From the NCBI GenBank assembly GCA_964019335.1, contig OZ025650.1:558001-622000 (forward strand): a DNA stretch of 64,000 bases, given 5' to 3'. Of the stretch, positions 44,281-56,941 are shown piece after piece. The stretch's first letter is position 1; each line of letters begins with the position of its first letter. A model generated the notes under the pieces. The model did no database searches. It saw only the letters and a program-made list of their open reading frames with translations, and was not told the origin of the DNA. The translations under genes and the position numbers were made by a program. The stretch comes from Diplonema japonicum (lineage: Eukaryota > Protista > Euglenozoa: Diplonemea).

Positions 44281-47200
44281 ATGGGGGATAGTACAGAAGA
44301 CTTTGTCTACGACACCTTCAGGGACCAGCCCGACAAGCTTCCGCAGGATGTTGTTTATGATAAGTTCAGAAGCTTCGTGAGAGACTATGGAGAGAAACTG
44401 GAGACAAGTGAGAAGGACCTCAACGAGTCGTTCGGGGAAGTATGGGACATGATGGACCCTATTGCCCTTGACTTCACACCGGACAGCAAGCTTACCTTAG
44501 AAGAAGTCCTGGGTGTCAAGTGCAAGGCTGACCCTTTATTTTACAAAATAATGTTGGTGTTCTCATCTCTTGTAGCTGAGGTAGGTGATTTGGTGGACGA
44601 GGCAAACTCAAGGCTGCTTCCTGCTTTGTCCACATTCGGTGAGAACCCAAGTGACCGTGACCTGGAAGACGGTGAGATGCAGCTGTCCTTTGGGCGCATG
44701 CTGCCGCTGTTCCTGGACCTGTGGACCTTCTGCGACAGGTCCTACAACGTCATAGAGAATATCGTTAAGCAGTTAGCTTCTATTTACAACGACAGAAACA
44801 GGAAGAACCCTGAGAAGAAGGGTCTCGCTGCGTACCAGAACACACACCTCACCTCTGTGTGGGTGGCCGTGTCAGACTTGATGAGGGTGCTGATCACCTT
44901 GGACCAAGTAATTGTTCAGAACGACTCTTTCCAGCAGGCGTCCACCATCTACAAGAGGATGATGAAGAACGCAAGGAACCAACCCGAGAAGTACGACACC
45001 GACACAGCCAAGGCGAAGAAATTCGGCCTGCTTCTTGACAAGCTGGAGACGGACTTGCTTGACGATCAGATATTCGAAAGATGCTTCTCGGAAAGGTTCC
45101 ACGACGAGAATCATGGCGATAATCTGATGTTCATGCACGAGTTTGACTTCCAGATGAGGGAGCTCTTCCAGTACATCAAGAGGGGCACAGGCATGCAGAA
45201 CGAGATCGACAAAAGGCAGATGTACGTTGGGCTCTGTGGGATGTATGTTATGTACTACTCGTTCTTCTCCAACAAGATCAAGGGAAAGAGTGAAGAGAAG
45301 AAATTCTTCAAAACGCTGTTTGACATCCACAAGGAGGTACCCGTGATCCACCTCTTCGGGAACACTACCTACTCGCCTGCAGAGTGGTTGGGGCGGAGGA
45401 TCCCTGACATGGCAAACGCCGTCACGAAGGACCCTATGAGGGACCACCAGGCAGCTTGCAGGGCGGCACTTGCGAAGTATGAGGCTAACTTGGAGGCCAT
45501 AGTGGGGAAGAATTTGCAAGACGTTATGGTATGGGCGGCGAGATTCGAGTCGAAGCACATGACCTCAAAGACAGAGGACATCATATCAAGAAAGACATAC
45601 ATGATCACAAAGGGCGTCTACTTTGCACAGGAAATAGGGACCCTCATCAAGACCGTGTTAGGCCTACACGTAGTCCTCGAGGCGTCCCTGAACGTGAAGA
45701 AAGTGCTTCTGCTGTGCAAATCAATCGAGCTGCTGAAATCAATACTCGTCACCTTCCACCGAAAATCTGCCGAGATTGGGAACCTCATGTCCATCATGTG
45801 CGAGTACATCAGTTACAACCTGCAAAGGATCCTGATCCCCTTTAAAAGAAAGCTAAAAGAGAACCAAGCGAAGCTTGACGAAACGCAGATTGACCAGATG
45901 AGTGCCATCGACCTGATGCAGCGAGTGCTATACGGAGCACCAACAAGAAACTCCATCATCGTGCTGAAGAACGCCCTGCACATTGTCACGAGCAAGACAG
46001 GCAATATGATGAAGGCGGAGGATTTCGATGCAATGAAGGTGTACATGAGAAAACTTGAGTTGATCAGCTCGTGGCAGAGGACGGTGCAAGAAGCATGCGA
46101 TTGCAGCTTCCTGTACTGGCAGCGTGCCATTCTACCAAAGTACTTCGAGATGATCTTCAAGCAGCCCTCTTTTGCACCTAGCATGGTCTACATGTTCGCA
46201 GCGTTGCACGACCCTGCCAAGGTGCTGCTGTCGGCGTGCCACCTGTCTGACAGGAAGTCTCTCTTCACGGCGTACCAAAAAGAGACAGAAGAGGACTTCA
46301 TGGAGAACATCGTAGACCCGCTCTGCAAGGAGATCGGTGACACGCTCAGGTTGAACATCCATAGCGTGGTCCTGGGTCAAGGCAGGCACCAACTGGGCGA
46401 AACTGTGCACAAGGACTACCAGCACTTGCTTAATTGCAACAGCTTGCGGTTCTTTGGGAAAAGAATGAACGTTAGGGACCACGTCCAGAACCACTTGGAG
46501 AGGCAGTTCTACAACTTGACGGCACTGCAGCCGCAAGACTGGAAGACATACGAAGAGATGCGTGCGTTGGCAAAGGAGAAATACAATATGAACTTGACTG
46601 AGGCACACCTGCCCGGTCAGATCCTTGACCAGGGATTGGACATCCTGGAGATTACCAGGGCAATCCACGTGTTTGTGACGAAGTACGCCTACAACATCAA
46701 CAACCAGATATTTGTCGAACGACCCAACACCACGGAGTCCAAGCACCTGAGCTCTGTACACATCCGCCACATTGCAAACTCCATTCGGACGCACGGGACA
46801 GGGATGATGAATACAACAGTCAACTTTGTGTTCCGCTTCCTCAAGTCCAAATTCTACGTCTTCTCACAATTCCTATTCGATGATCACGTAAAGGTATGAC
46901 ACTGTTGCAATTTGTACCGACCACAGTCGCGCCTCATGAAAGATATTAAATGGAACGAAGAGCACAAATCAGAAACGCAGAACTATTACCCATTCAAGAG
47001 ATCAGAGAAGTTCGTAAAAGACATCAGGAAGCTGGGAGTCGAGAATGGGAACAGCTACTTGGACCAGTTCAGGAAGCTAGTAACTGAGATCGGGAACGGG
47101 TTGGGCTACGTGCGTATGGTGCGCACTGGCGGAATGCGTGCTATCAGCGGCTCCATCAACTTCGTGCCTTCCTTGGAGGAGATCCCTAAATTTGCGGAGC

Positions 47201-47938
47201 TGCTGGACGACGCAAACTTCAGAAAGAACCCTGACGACGAGGACGAAGAGGTGGAGGGCAGCTTCCCCGAGTCTACCCTTCAGGCGGCCGTCAACCTGGA
47301 CACCGTGCTATTAAACCAGTCGAAGAAGTTCTCTGAGGGGAGTGACTATTTCAAGTTGCTTGAGGGGGTCTTCAGAGATGAATTGAACAACGAGAAGAAC
47401 AAACATCTGCAGAACTTCCACTCCATCATCCCGCCCCTGACTCTATCCTTCGTGGAGCACATGATCGCGAACAAAGACGGCCTCACCAAAAAGGGCAAGG
47501 AGTGCTCTTTCTGTGACGACGGCTTTTCGTTGGGTGTTATGTTCATTCTGAAGTTCTTGGACCTTAACACCAAGTTTGATGGGTTGCACTGGTTCGAAAG
47601 TGTGAGGGACTATTACAAAGCTGAGAAGAAGAAGGTCGAGACACAAGTGGCTAGCGCTAACACCAGCGGCCCTAACTCTGACCAGCAGGTATGTTTTTGT
47701 GTCTTTCTCAAACTCTTACAGGGAGAACTCAGTACGCTGAACCTGACCTCAAACAGAATCAAGCAGAGAATGAGAGAATTTGAATTATTGCTCTTCTCCT
47801 TCAGAAGTGCGAAGGTATGCCCATGCTGCACTGCTACATCACCAACAGGTGTTCTTCAAAGACAAGAGACAAGAAGAGGAAGAGGAGGAAGAAGACGAGG
47901 AAGACGAAGAGGACCTCGACGACCTTGACGAGGCGTAG
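44281..47938 (+). CDS. WASHC4: WASH complex subunit 4 (SWIP/KIAA1033)
   Basis: QGLDILEI..IHVFV..Y.YNINNQIFVER, HIANSIRTHGTGMMNTTVNF, GNGLGYVRMVRTGG, FDGLHWF; introns 46894-46926, 47689-47721, 47815-47848. Confidence 0.93.
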
Positions 47939-48301
47939 GTTGCTATAGATGTTTCGCCCAAGTAATTCATAAAGAAAAAAAAATGAATAATAAAAAGGAA
48001 AAGCAAAGAATTGGGGGTGCTAGAACGAGCACAGCCCACCAACGTCCTCTTAGGTTTAGTTAGTGTATCTGGCGCCCTTTTATTTGTGTCCCCCCCTTTC
48101 CCCCTTTAACTGAAGTGCTCGTGTGAAGTAAACCTTTTGACCTCTCCATCCGCAACGCCAGAAATATGAGAGGACGCCACTACACTTGTTTCATGCTTAT
48201 CTTTGCTTCTCTTTCCGGCAACTTCTTTCCATGTTATTTTCCACGTTGCTTACAGTGTATTGTATTTGCCACCGTTCGAGTCAGAAACAGTACAGGTTAC
48301 A

Positions 48302-49759
48302 ATGCCCCCCAAAATGGAAAATGGGGGGAGGAAGAAAAATAAGAAGAAAAAGAAGCGGAAGAAGGCGAGGCCGGAGGAAGCACGGGAAACACCTGTGAAG
48401 GAGGTGAAGGAGGAGCGCAGGGAGGAAGTGGAGCTAATTTCGCCCTCTTCAGAAGAGAAGCCGCGATGCAGTACTCCCAGGAGCCCTCTAAGCCCTGTGG
48501 AGATCCCTGAGGCTGACGTCATCGAATGGGACCCAGTCATTACTGACAGAGCGGTGGCCACGAGGCGGCGGTCGCGGAGTCTTCTCACAATGTCCGTCAC
48601 TGACAACGGCAGGTCGTCTTTAGAAGAGTCGGAATGTGCGTGCAGCAATGCTTCAGAAGGTTCAGATAACTTCGCACCTGCCTTCAAAGCATGGTCCAAG
48701 ATGCACTCGAGTAGTAGCAGTGCTATGCTTGTAGGCCCCGACAACAGGTTCATCACACCTCTTACATCTCCCGCACACACCTTCGCTGTGAAAAAACACG
48801 TGGCTACCCAAATGGACTGGCTACAAAAAGGTGGGCTAAAGAAGCGTTCTCAGTCCACAGGCAAGCTGCCCTCGGAGAACTTTGCCAACCCCATGAGCGT
48901 GATGCATAGAAGGACCTTCTTCGGCGAGTACTCAGACGAGACACGGCGCTTGCTCAAGCAACGTACGAACTCTCACTTCTTGCCCATCTCGCGTGACATG
49001 CTAAAAGCAGACAACACAAATGCGGTACAACGTTTCCTACGTAACGTAGTGCTCTATTTATTGGAGTCTGTGAAGCTCTGCCTGATGTTTGCAGCTGTGT
49101 ACCTATCGTTTTACGACATCAAGTTCATAACAAAGTGGAACCCATACCTCAAGATCGCCCACTACTCTGGGCGGATGTTGTTCCCTTTGCTCGACACATT
49201 GCTGGGGGTGGCAGCTGCTGACTTGTCGTTGTGGTTGGGAGGTCAAATTGGGTTTTACAGGGCACTTGGGAGGCTAAGCGGGACATACAGGAAATTTGAA
49301 GCAGGTATTGCCCCCCCGCAAAGTGCAGAGACGCTGGAGGTGACACTGTACTACGCGCACTGGGTGCTGGATTTCTTGTACTTCCCAACCGAGCACCTCG
49401 GTTTGGTGGAGTGGAAGATATTTGGTGTCAAAACAAACTTGTTCTTCTCGCAGATGAACGCAGTTGTGTGGTACTGGCGACAGGTCCTTCAAATGTGTCT
49501 GCTGCTCCATGCGGTGTCAAACCAGGCCTTTGCAGTCTCATCTCTTGCGCTCTTCTTGTACTCTCTTAATTTGTTTGTTGACATGCTCACAGCATATGCT
49601 TTCCTTCCACCCTACGCACCCGGCCCTAAATGCAACATAATATCTGTGGTGTATTCCTTCTTCTGCACACGCCGTTTCGCCATTGGTCTTGGCACCCACG
49701 GTCTTCTGGGTGTCGCTGACGGTGTCATCCAAATCATCCTCCGATACCAATTCTCGTAA
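48302..49759 (+). CDS. PEX11 (gamma-type)-like peroxisome/glycosome membrane protein with a long disordered N-terminal extension
   Basis: LDFLYFPTEHLG...VVW...LNLFVDMLTAYAFLP...GLLGVADGVI parallels PEX11G motifs (LYYPCEH, DLANAVHWLP, GLMGTISS). Confidence 0.6.
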   Translation: MPPKMENGGRKKNKKKKKRKKARPEEARETPVKEVKEERREEVELISPSSEEKPRCSTPRSPLSPVEIPEADVIEWDPVITDRAVATRRRSRSLLTMSVTDNGRSSLEESECACSNASEGSDNFAPAFKAWSKMHSSSSSAMLVGPDNRFITPLTSPAHTFAVKKHVATQMDWLQKGGLKKRSQSTGKLPSENFANPMSVMHRRTFFGEYSDETRRLLKQRTNSHFLPISRDMLKADNTNAVQRFLRNVVLYLLESVKLCLMFAAVYLSFYDIKFITKWNPYLKIAHYSGRMLFPLLDTLLGVAAADLSLWLGGQIGFYRALGRLSGTYRKFEAGIAPPQSAETLEVTLYYAHWVLDFLYFPTEHLGLVEWKIFGVKTNLFFSQMNAVVWYWRQVLQMCLLLHAVSNQAFAVSSLALFLYSLNLFVDMLTAYAFLPPYAPGPKCNIISVVYSFFCTRRFAIGLGTHGLLGVADGVIQIILRYQFS

Positions 49760-50213
49760 ATCAGCAACAGGCGTGCACTATGTCGTTAGTTGCAAACCCT
49801 TAACCCTTAGCAGGTACAGTTTTCGGCCGTGTTGCTATGGCAAGATCTTACCGAGCATATCTGCCGTTCCCCTCCAATTTCCCCTTATCCGTTTATTATT
49901 GACCACTGTCTCTAGAATCACAACAAAGCAATGCTTGGGATGATTAAAGCAACGTACCACCTCTCTTTCTGTTTACAGCGGGAAACGAGGAGCCTTCATA
50001 GCACTGCTTGACGGGCCTTCGTTAAGTGTGTTGTGCTTTCGACAGCAGCTTGTGAGCAGCGTTGAAAATGTTCCATACCGTCCCCCATTCTCTGTTACTC
50101 TCTTTTCCTTCTATTCTGTTAGTTTTGTTGTTATGCTTATGCTTATGTTTATGTTTAACATTATCCTTTTTGTTTGTTTTGTGTTCTCTTGGCTTACACA
50201 TCTACAGGACGCC

Positions 50214-52256
50214 ATGCGGCGGAATGCAACACCTAAGCGAAAGGGGATAGTGGCCACGCCAACTGCGATACGCCCCCTGGTGCTTGACGAAGGAGAGGAG
50301 GAGGGAGTCGAACTCAATGAGGACGAAGTGATTGAAGTAGTGGACAAGGTGACACGTGGGGGGGATGCGTGGATCGAGCTTTACGAAGCAGCTGGAAAGG
50401 CACGGGAACGTCGTGAGTCAAGCAAGCTGCAGGGCCGCTTCGTCATGGAGATGCTTGATAAGCAAATGTCTTTCTCACCTCGAGTGAGCAAGCTCCCCAA
50501 GGGGCACAAATCAAGCACATGGCAAAGACCACCGGCAGCGGCTCAACCAGAATTCCAACATACACCAACTATATCCAACCACGCCAAAGCGAAGACACCT
50601 GACAGAAGCATTGTGCTGCGCCTTTCCCCCTCCCGAAACAGGCCAGCAACACCTACTTCATCTAGAGCAAACAAGGAACCCACTTATAGACCTGTGCTTA
50701 CACCGGAGACGAACCGTCTGATGGCACAGCGCAAGGCTCTGCAACGGGACAGCGTCAACATTCACCACAAACTGCACGGGCGACATGTGGAAGTGGAGAG
50801 CACGAAGAAAACAAACGAGCAGAAAAAGAACAGGATGGAGGATGCAACTCTACGGAACAAACCTATGCTCACTGATACCACACAGGACTTGATGATGCGA
50901 CGGGTCACTGAGAGAGATGTGCATCAGAGGTTGTTTGAAAACTCAAAGAGTCCGGTGAGAGGGCGTGCTACACCTACAACACCAAGATCGGAGGCCGCGC
51001 GGGGCGCCGGCATGAAGCTTCTTGACATTGACTTCGACGACGCTATGATGGAGATGCCAGTCTCAAAGCCCGAGCCAGAGGAAGTGTTCCCACCACGCGC
51101 ACCTTCCTTTCAGCTCAAGCAAAAAGCATCACCACCGCCTGGCCCGGCAAGCAACTCATCATCGTCCACAGAACGCCAGAGCCTCCCTGTCAAGACACTG
51201 CCTCAAAAAACACCGTCAAAGGTGCATAAGACGGAAAGGACGCCCACACCCTCGCCTATCCCCTTTACCATGGGAAATAGTAGCAGTGAAGACGAAGACA
51301 ATGACTCTGACTTTCACTCCACCGAGGCCGACACCATTCCGAAAGAGCCAGAGTTTCCAAGTGCCTCTGCGACTCTGCCTTATGCAGCTGCTACACTCCC
51401 CCTTGCGGCTGCCACTGTGCCACCGCTGCGTTTTGATGTAGGGGCCTATGTGGTGTGCGACTCCCGAGACGGGCCACTCCTCGGTCAGATCTTACAATTG
51501 CACGATAATGACAACGCTTACAGCGTAATAACTGCGCACGGGGAACTGCGTGTTAAGGAGGACACAGTGAAAGACGGGGGCAGGCGTGTTCGGATAGCTA
51601 AGCAGAATGGCATCCTGGGTATAGTCTACAAGGGAACCACCGTATTGGATGTCGCACCTGATACACCAGCTGCCGGAGCCATCCGTGTCGGCTCTGTGAT
51701 AGTTGCCATCCAAGACACTGTGGTAACCACCCATGGTGAACTGGCACAAGCACTCGAGCGTGCTCCGAACAAAGGGCAGTTCGACGTGAATGTTATTTTG
51801 CCGGAACTCATGGAGGCAGGCGGGACACTACCTCATGGACCTGTACCCGTCAAGAGTGCTTTCAAGGGCACTAGGCCTGCGAAGATGCCACCTTCTCTCC
51901 AAAGTCAACCCGTATCCCATTCTAGTAAGACTCTTCTTTCCAAGGGTGCACCCCCTCCACCCCCGCGGAACTATGGCAAGTCCCCCGCTGAGCATGGTTT
52001 GCTCACAAAGGGCCCTCCTGTCGTGACACCTTTATCATCTGCTGCCTCGCAACCGCAGAAAGGCCCCATTAAAACCTCTTCTTTCCATCGCAACGCACCG
52101 ATGAAAGCATCTCTCAAAGGGTCCGCCAAAGGGACAGGCGCCCGCCGCCCTCCACAACTAGACTCCCCATCAACACCGCCACACCCTTCTCCTCCCCCTG
52201 CTGTAGTACGGCGCCCAAAAAAAGTTCCACGACCTAGACTACCGCCGCCTGTGTGA
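50214..52256 (+). CDS. Pro/Ser-rich protein with FxPxI/RLF-type repeats, an SH3/Tudor-like beta domain and a PDZ-like domain
   Basis: LRFDVGAYVVCD...; GILGIVYKGTTVLDVAPDTPAAGAIRVGSVIVAI (PDZ-like). Confidence 0.65.
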   Translation: MRRNATPKRKGIVATPTAIRPLVLDEGEEEGVELNEDEVIEVVDKVTRGGDAWIELYEAAGKARERRESSKLQGRFVMEMLDKQMSFSPRVSKLPKGHKSSTWQRPPAAAQPEFQHTPTISNHAKAKTPDRSIVLRLSPSRNRPATPTSSRANKEPTYRPVLTPETNRLMAQRKALQRDSVNIHHKLHGRHVEVESTKKTNEQKKNRMEDATLRNKPMLTDTTQDLMMRRVTERDVHQRLFENSKSPVRGRATPTTPRSEAARGAGMKLLDIDFDDAMMEMPVSKPEPEEVFPPRAPSFQLKQKASPPPGPASNSSSSTERQSLPVKTLPQKTPSKVHKTERTPTPSPIPFTMGNSSSEDEDNDSDFHSTEADTIPKEPEFPSASATLPYAAATLPLAAATVPPLRFDVGAYVVCDSRDGPLLGQILQLHDNDNAYSVITAHGELRVKEDTVKDGGRRVRIAKQNGILGIVYKGTTVLDVAPDTPAAGAIRVGSVIVAIQDTVVTTHGELAQALERAPNKGQFDVNVILPELMEAGGTLPHGPVPVKSAFKGTRPAKMPPSLQSQPVSHSSKTLLSKGAPPPPPRNYGKSPAEHGLLTKGPPVVTPLSSAASQPQKGPIKTSSFHRNAPMKASLKGSAKGTGARRPPQLDSPSTPPHPSPPPAVVRRPKKVPRPRLPPPV

Positions 52257-52315
52257 TATAGATGTTGTCTATTATTTGTCTCTACGCTACATTTTAACTA
52301 CTTGAAGACATTAAA

Positions 52316-53599
52316 ATGCATGCAAGATCGGTTCAGTGCTACCTCCTGATGGGGGTGAGGTTGTTCCAGCAGTTTATGAGGAATGTGCTCGCGCCTCTTA
52401 TTGTGTTCATGCCAGAGGAGGTTTCGGGAATGCGGGGTGCGTTGCTGTCTGCTGTGGCTGCTGGATATTTCTTTACGCAAGTGCCTGGGGGCATGGCCGC
52501 TGACTACTTAGGTGCGAAGAACGTTGTCACAATGGCGTTGCTTGGGAGTGTGGTGTGCTGCCTGACCATTCCTTATGCTTATGATGCCTACGAAGTAACC
52601 GGCGTGTGGTGGTGCTTAGCCGTGATGGGTGCCATCCAGGGGCCACTCTTCCCCACTTCTTCTGTGTACCTCTCGAAATGGACACCGCCGGATGAGCGCC
52701 CTTCTGCATCTACCAAGATGGATGTTGGAATCTCGATGGGCGCTCTGATCTCTGTCCCGGCAGGAGGTCTCTTGGGGACGGCCCTTGGTTGGAAGGCTGC
52801 CTACACGGTCATTGGTATGGTTTCAGGGTGTTTTGTGCTGGTGTGGCTGTGGCTGGGTGCGGATTGCCCTTCGAAGTGCTGGTTCATCAAAGACGAGGAG
52901 GCGGATTACTTACGGAAAGTACTTCCGAAGAAGAGTACTGACAGCAAGAAGGACGGGAGCGGAGGTGTCATGCCACTCCGTCTCATGCTGCACCCCTCTG
53001 TGCTGGCCATCTTCGCGTCGCACATGGCTTTCAACTACGGTGCTTACTTTGTTACGAACTGGAACCCCACTTACTACAAAGAAGTGCTAAGCCTCAACGC
53101 TGCCGAAGCAGGCTTCCATTTGTCGTTGCCGCATGTCGCCAACCTCATAGGGAAGCTCTCGTGCGGTGCCGTGTCGTCAATGCTCGTTGCAAGGGGCTTC
53201 ACGCGCCTGGGCTCGCGTAAGTTCTTCACAGTAGTTAGCGCAGTGGGCTCAGGGATTTGCATCCTGCCTGTGTACCTGATGAAGGACCAACCGGTCATTG
53301 TGACCACCCTCATGGTGTCCTTGTGTAATGCCTTCTTTGGCCTCGCGCCTTCCGGCTTCAAGGCCAACTACTTAGACATCACTGCGAAGTACACGGGTAT
53401 GCTGTCCGGCGTAGGCAACACCTTGGGCACATGTGCTTCGTACGTGGGGCCTCTCATCGTCTCCCATATCCTGGCGGCCACAGGGTCCTGGTCTTACATC
53501 TTCCTTTCTATCTTTACGGCCAATCTAGTGGCAGCAACGTGCTTCAACCTTTTTTCATCAGACAGACCTGTGGAAGGGGACGAAAAGGAGCGCGACTGA
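52316..53599 (+). CDS. MFS transporter, anion:cation symporter (SLC17/ACS) family
   Basis: GYFFTQVPGG.AAD.LGAK, QGPLFP....SKWTPPDER, NYLDITAKYTG.L.GVGNT. Confidence 0.92.
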   Translation: MHARSVQCYLLMGVRLFQQFMRNVLAPLIVFMPEEVSGMRGALLSAVAAGYFFTQVPGGMAADYLGAKNVVTMALLGSVVCCLTIPYAYDAYEVTGVWWCLAVMGAIQGPLFPTSSVYLSKWTPPDERPSASTKMDVGISMGALISVPAGGLLGTALGWKAAYTVIGMVSGCFVLVWLWLGADCPSKCWFIKDEEADYLRKVLPKKSTDSKKDGSGGVMPLRLMLHPSVLAIFASHMAFNYGAYFVTNWNPTYYKEVLSLNAAEAGFHLSLPHVANLIGKLSCGAVSSMLVARGFTRLGSRKFFTVVSAVGSGICILPVYLMKDQPVIVTTLMVSLCNAFFGLAPSGFKANYLDITAKYTGMLSGVGNTLGTCASYVGPLIVSHILAATGSWSYIFLSIFTANLVAATCFNLFSSDRPVEGDEKERD

Positions 53600-53832
53600 G
53601 AGCGTGGAGTGCTTGGACGTAAGATCCTATTCGCCCTTCTTCTTCAAGGGCGAAAGGAATTGATAACCCAAAGCGTGAGGACTTCCCTCCTCGTAATTAT
53701 TATTTTTTCCTTTTTTTTTTTTTTGCGCATTTTGTCTTTAAAATCTTGTTGTACAATGGGAGGAAAAAAAAAAGAAAATAAAAAAAGGCAAACCACTTTC
53801 CTTTAAAAAAAAAACCAAGAAAAAAAAAAAAA

Positions 53833-54113
53833 ATGTTCCGCACAACCATGCTGCGAGGAGTGGGCGGTGCTGTGCCGAGGTGGAGAATGGGCGGTGCGCC
53901 TGAGCAGAACAGCAACTCATGGAGTTCAGGGTATGGTCAGAGTGGAATTATTGTGAACACTTACACAACAGGTCGCACATTGGAAAGAAGAACGACGAGG
54001 AGAATATCTTCCTGTGGCGTGACGCCCTCTCCATGTGCGAGTGCGAGTCGGACAAGTACACCGTCGCTAAACAGAAACCTGTGATAAGGCGGGGCACTAG
54101 CATGGACATTTAG
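53833..54113 (+). CDS. Small (79 aa) protein with a short mitochondrial-type presequence
   Basis: MFRTTMLRG...; the 41-nt intron 53931-53971 joins two ORF-track fragments in frame. Confidence 0.6.
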
Positions 54114-55648
54114 ATCGGTCTCCCCTGAAGGCAGTTTTTTTTTTTTATCATATTGTGCCATATCATAATTCCTAAAAAGTACGTATCAGGGAGTGTTAAA
54201 AGAAGGGGAAAAAAAAGTGAAAAAGTACCGTGGAGGCCCTCTCTGCTCCCTTTTTCGCTTGTTCATTCTTTTTTCCTCTCCCCTCTTGTTCTAAAAAAAA
54301 AAAAATCGTTTTCTGGCGTTCTGCCGGGATCTTCATACCCCCCTTTTTTTTTCCTCCATGTTCCTATTCTCCCCTTTACCCTCCATTTTTTAGAAAGGGA
54401 GAAAAAGAAACAAAAATAAAACGTATTTTTTTCTTCTTTCGAAGGGATGCCCCTCTTGTTGAGGGGCACTCTTATGTGTTCCACGCAAAATCCTTTTCTT
54501 TTTTCTTTGCTTGAATTTTTTTTATATTTTTTTAAAGTGTTTTCCTGTTCTTTTTTTTTTCTTCTCCTCCTGTAGCTTCATCTTGGTTTTGTCTCGATCT
54601 TTCCTCTAAAATGTTATTCTCTGTGTTGCGCGCAACACAACAAGGAGAGCACATGGGGATTAGAGAGGATAAAATTATTGAAGGGCTTTGGAATAGAGGA
54701 AGAAAAAAAGAAGAGAGAAAAAAAAAAGAGAAAAAAAAGAAAAAACCGGCAGGAAAAAAAAAAGGTCTTCCCATGTCCCCTCCCCTCTTTTCCCCCTCTT
54801 TTGTGTTGCGCAAAGGAGTTTCGCATGTGGCATCGATTGAAGAAATAAAAGAAGAAAAAGAGAAGAAAAAAAAAATACAGTTCTTTTTCACTTTTTTCGC
54901 CCCCTAACATTCTACCGTTTGGAGTACCTGACTATCTATCTCTCTTTGTTTGTTTTCCCATCCCCCTTTTTTTTTTACCCCCCTCGAAAAAGGAAAAAAA
55001 AAATAAATAAAGAAAAACCGGAGGGAATATGGCAAAACCTTAGCGTTGTTATTATTTTCTTTTTTTTTCTTTTTTTACCTGGATCCCCTTCCCTCTTTAA
55101 AAACAAAAAATGAGGGTGTTTAATTCTGTGTTTAAATCTGTGAATCGAAAGAGCACAGAGAAAATATGCAGTTTTTCCCCCCTCCCTTTCTCATCCTGTT
55201 GTTGCTAGTGCATGTAGGTATTTATAGGACGTGAGAAAAATAAAGAAAGAAGAGTGCGTGAAGGGCTTTCCAGAGTAAATGTCCCCCCCCAAAAAAAATA
55301 ATTGTTCTTTGTTTTTAACTCAAGAAAGTGGAATGTTTTTTCTTTTTTCACCTTCCCGTCTTCGTAAAGCTTTAAATCTCTCTCGCCTTTTTTTTTTCTC
55401 ATGATCCTCGAACCCCCCCCCCCCCCCCCGTCTTCGTTTCTCTTTCCTTTTCTTTTTTTTGATTTGTCAGGTTATTTACGGATTTTTCTTTTCCTTTATA
55501 ATGCACTGCCGTATTCCTATGCCCAGACTTCTGGTCCCACATCTGACCATTGGTGCATCAGTCGTAATGCTGTGAGGTGCAGTCTGCGTTCGGTCTGTTA
55601 AAACTGTTCATAAAGGGTTTTTGAAAGAAAAAAAAGAGGGAAAAAAAA

Positions 55649-56215
<567 letters not shown>

Positions 56216-56941
56216 TATTAATCAAATTCTTTGAAGAAAAAAAAAATAAATAAATAGGAAATACGCGAAATAAGCAGGGGGGGAAACGAAAAAGAAAAAT
56301 TGCGAAAAGCCGGGAAAAAGAAATGCACAACACACACACGCTTATCCCCCTTTTTTATTGTTATTACTTTTATGAATCCCCCCCCCCCCCTCTTGGACAG
56401 TGAGAAGAAATATGACAAGTTTGCTGCACGATACACCCAACCCTTTTCCTCCCCCCCCCCGTTTTTTTTTCCCCAGTGTAACTTTGTTTTATTCCTTTGT
56501 CAAAAGGAGGCAAAACAAAGACAGAAAAGAAAGGCCACCACCCACCTTCTTTTTATTTTTATTTCTTCATTACCTCTGTTCTATTAGTTCGATTACCCCG
56601 TTTCCCCCCCTCGTTCTTGCAGCTTGCTTGTGCTGGTGATGTAGCTAAATGGTTTGTACTTTTCTCTCTCTTTCGTTGTGACCATATGGCTCACCAAGGT
56701 TTGGTCTTTTTTTTGTTTTTTGTTTTTCTTCTTTTTTTCCGACTGGTTTATATTTCTTGCCTCTTCTCTCCATGTGCCTTGTGTCTTTATGCTGTGTTCC
56801 TTGCATAAGACACGGAGGCAACCCCCAGGTGGCCCCAACCCCTCTTATCGTTATCTGTCCTTCTTCTTCTTTTATTTTCTTTTCATTTACTTTTCCCAGT
56901 GTTGCCACAAAGCTCTACCAGACACCGAATTCTATTTTGAA

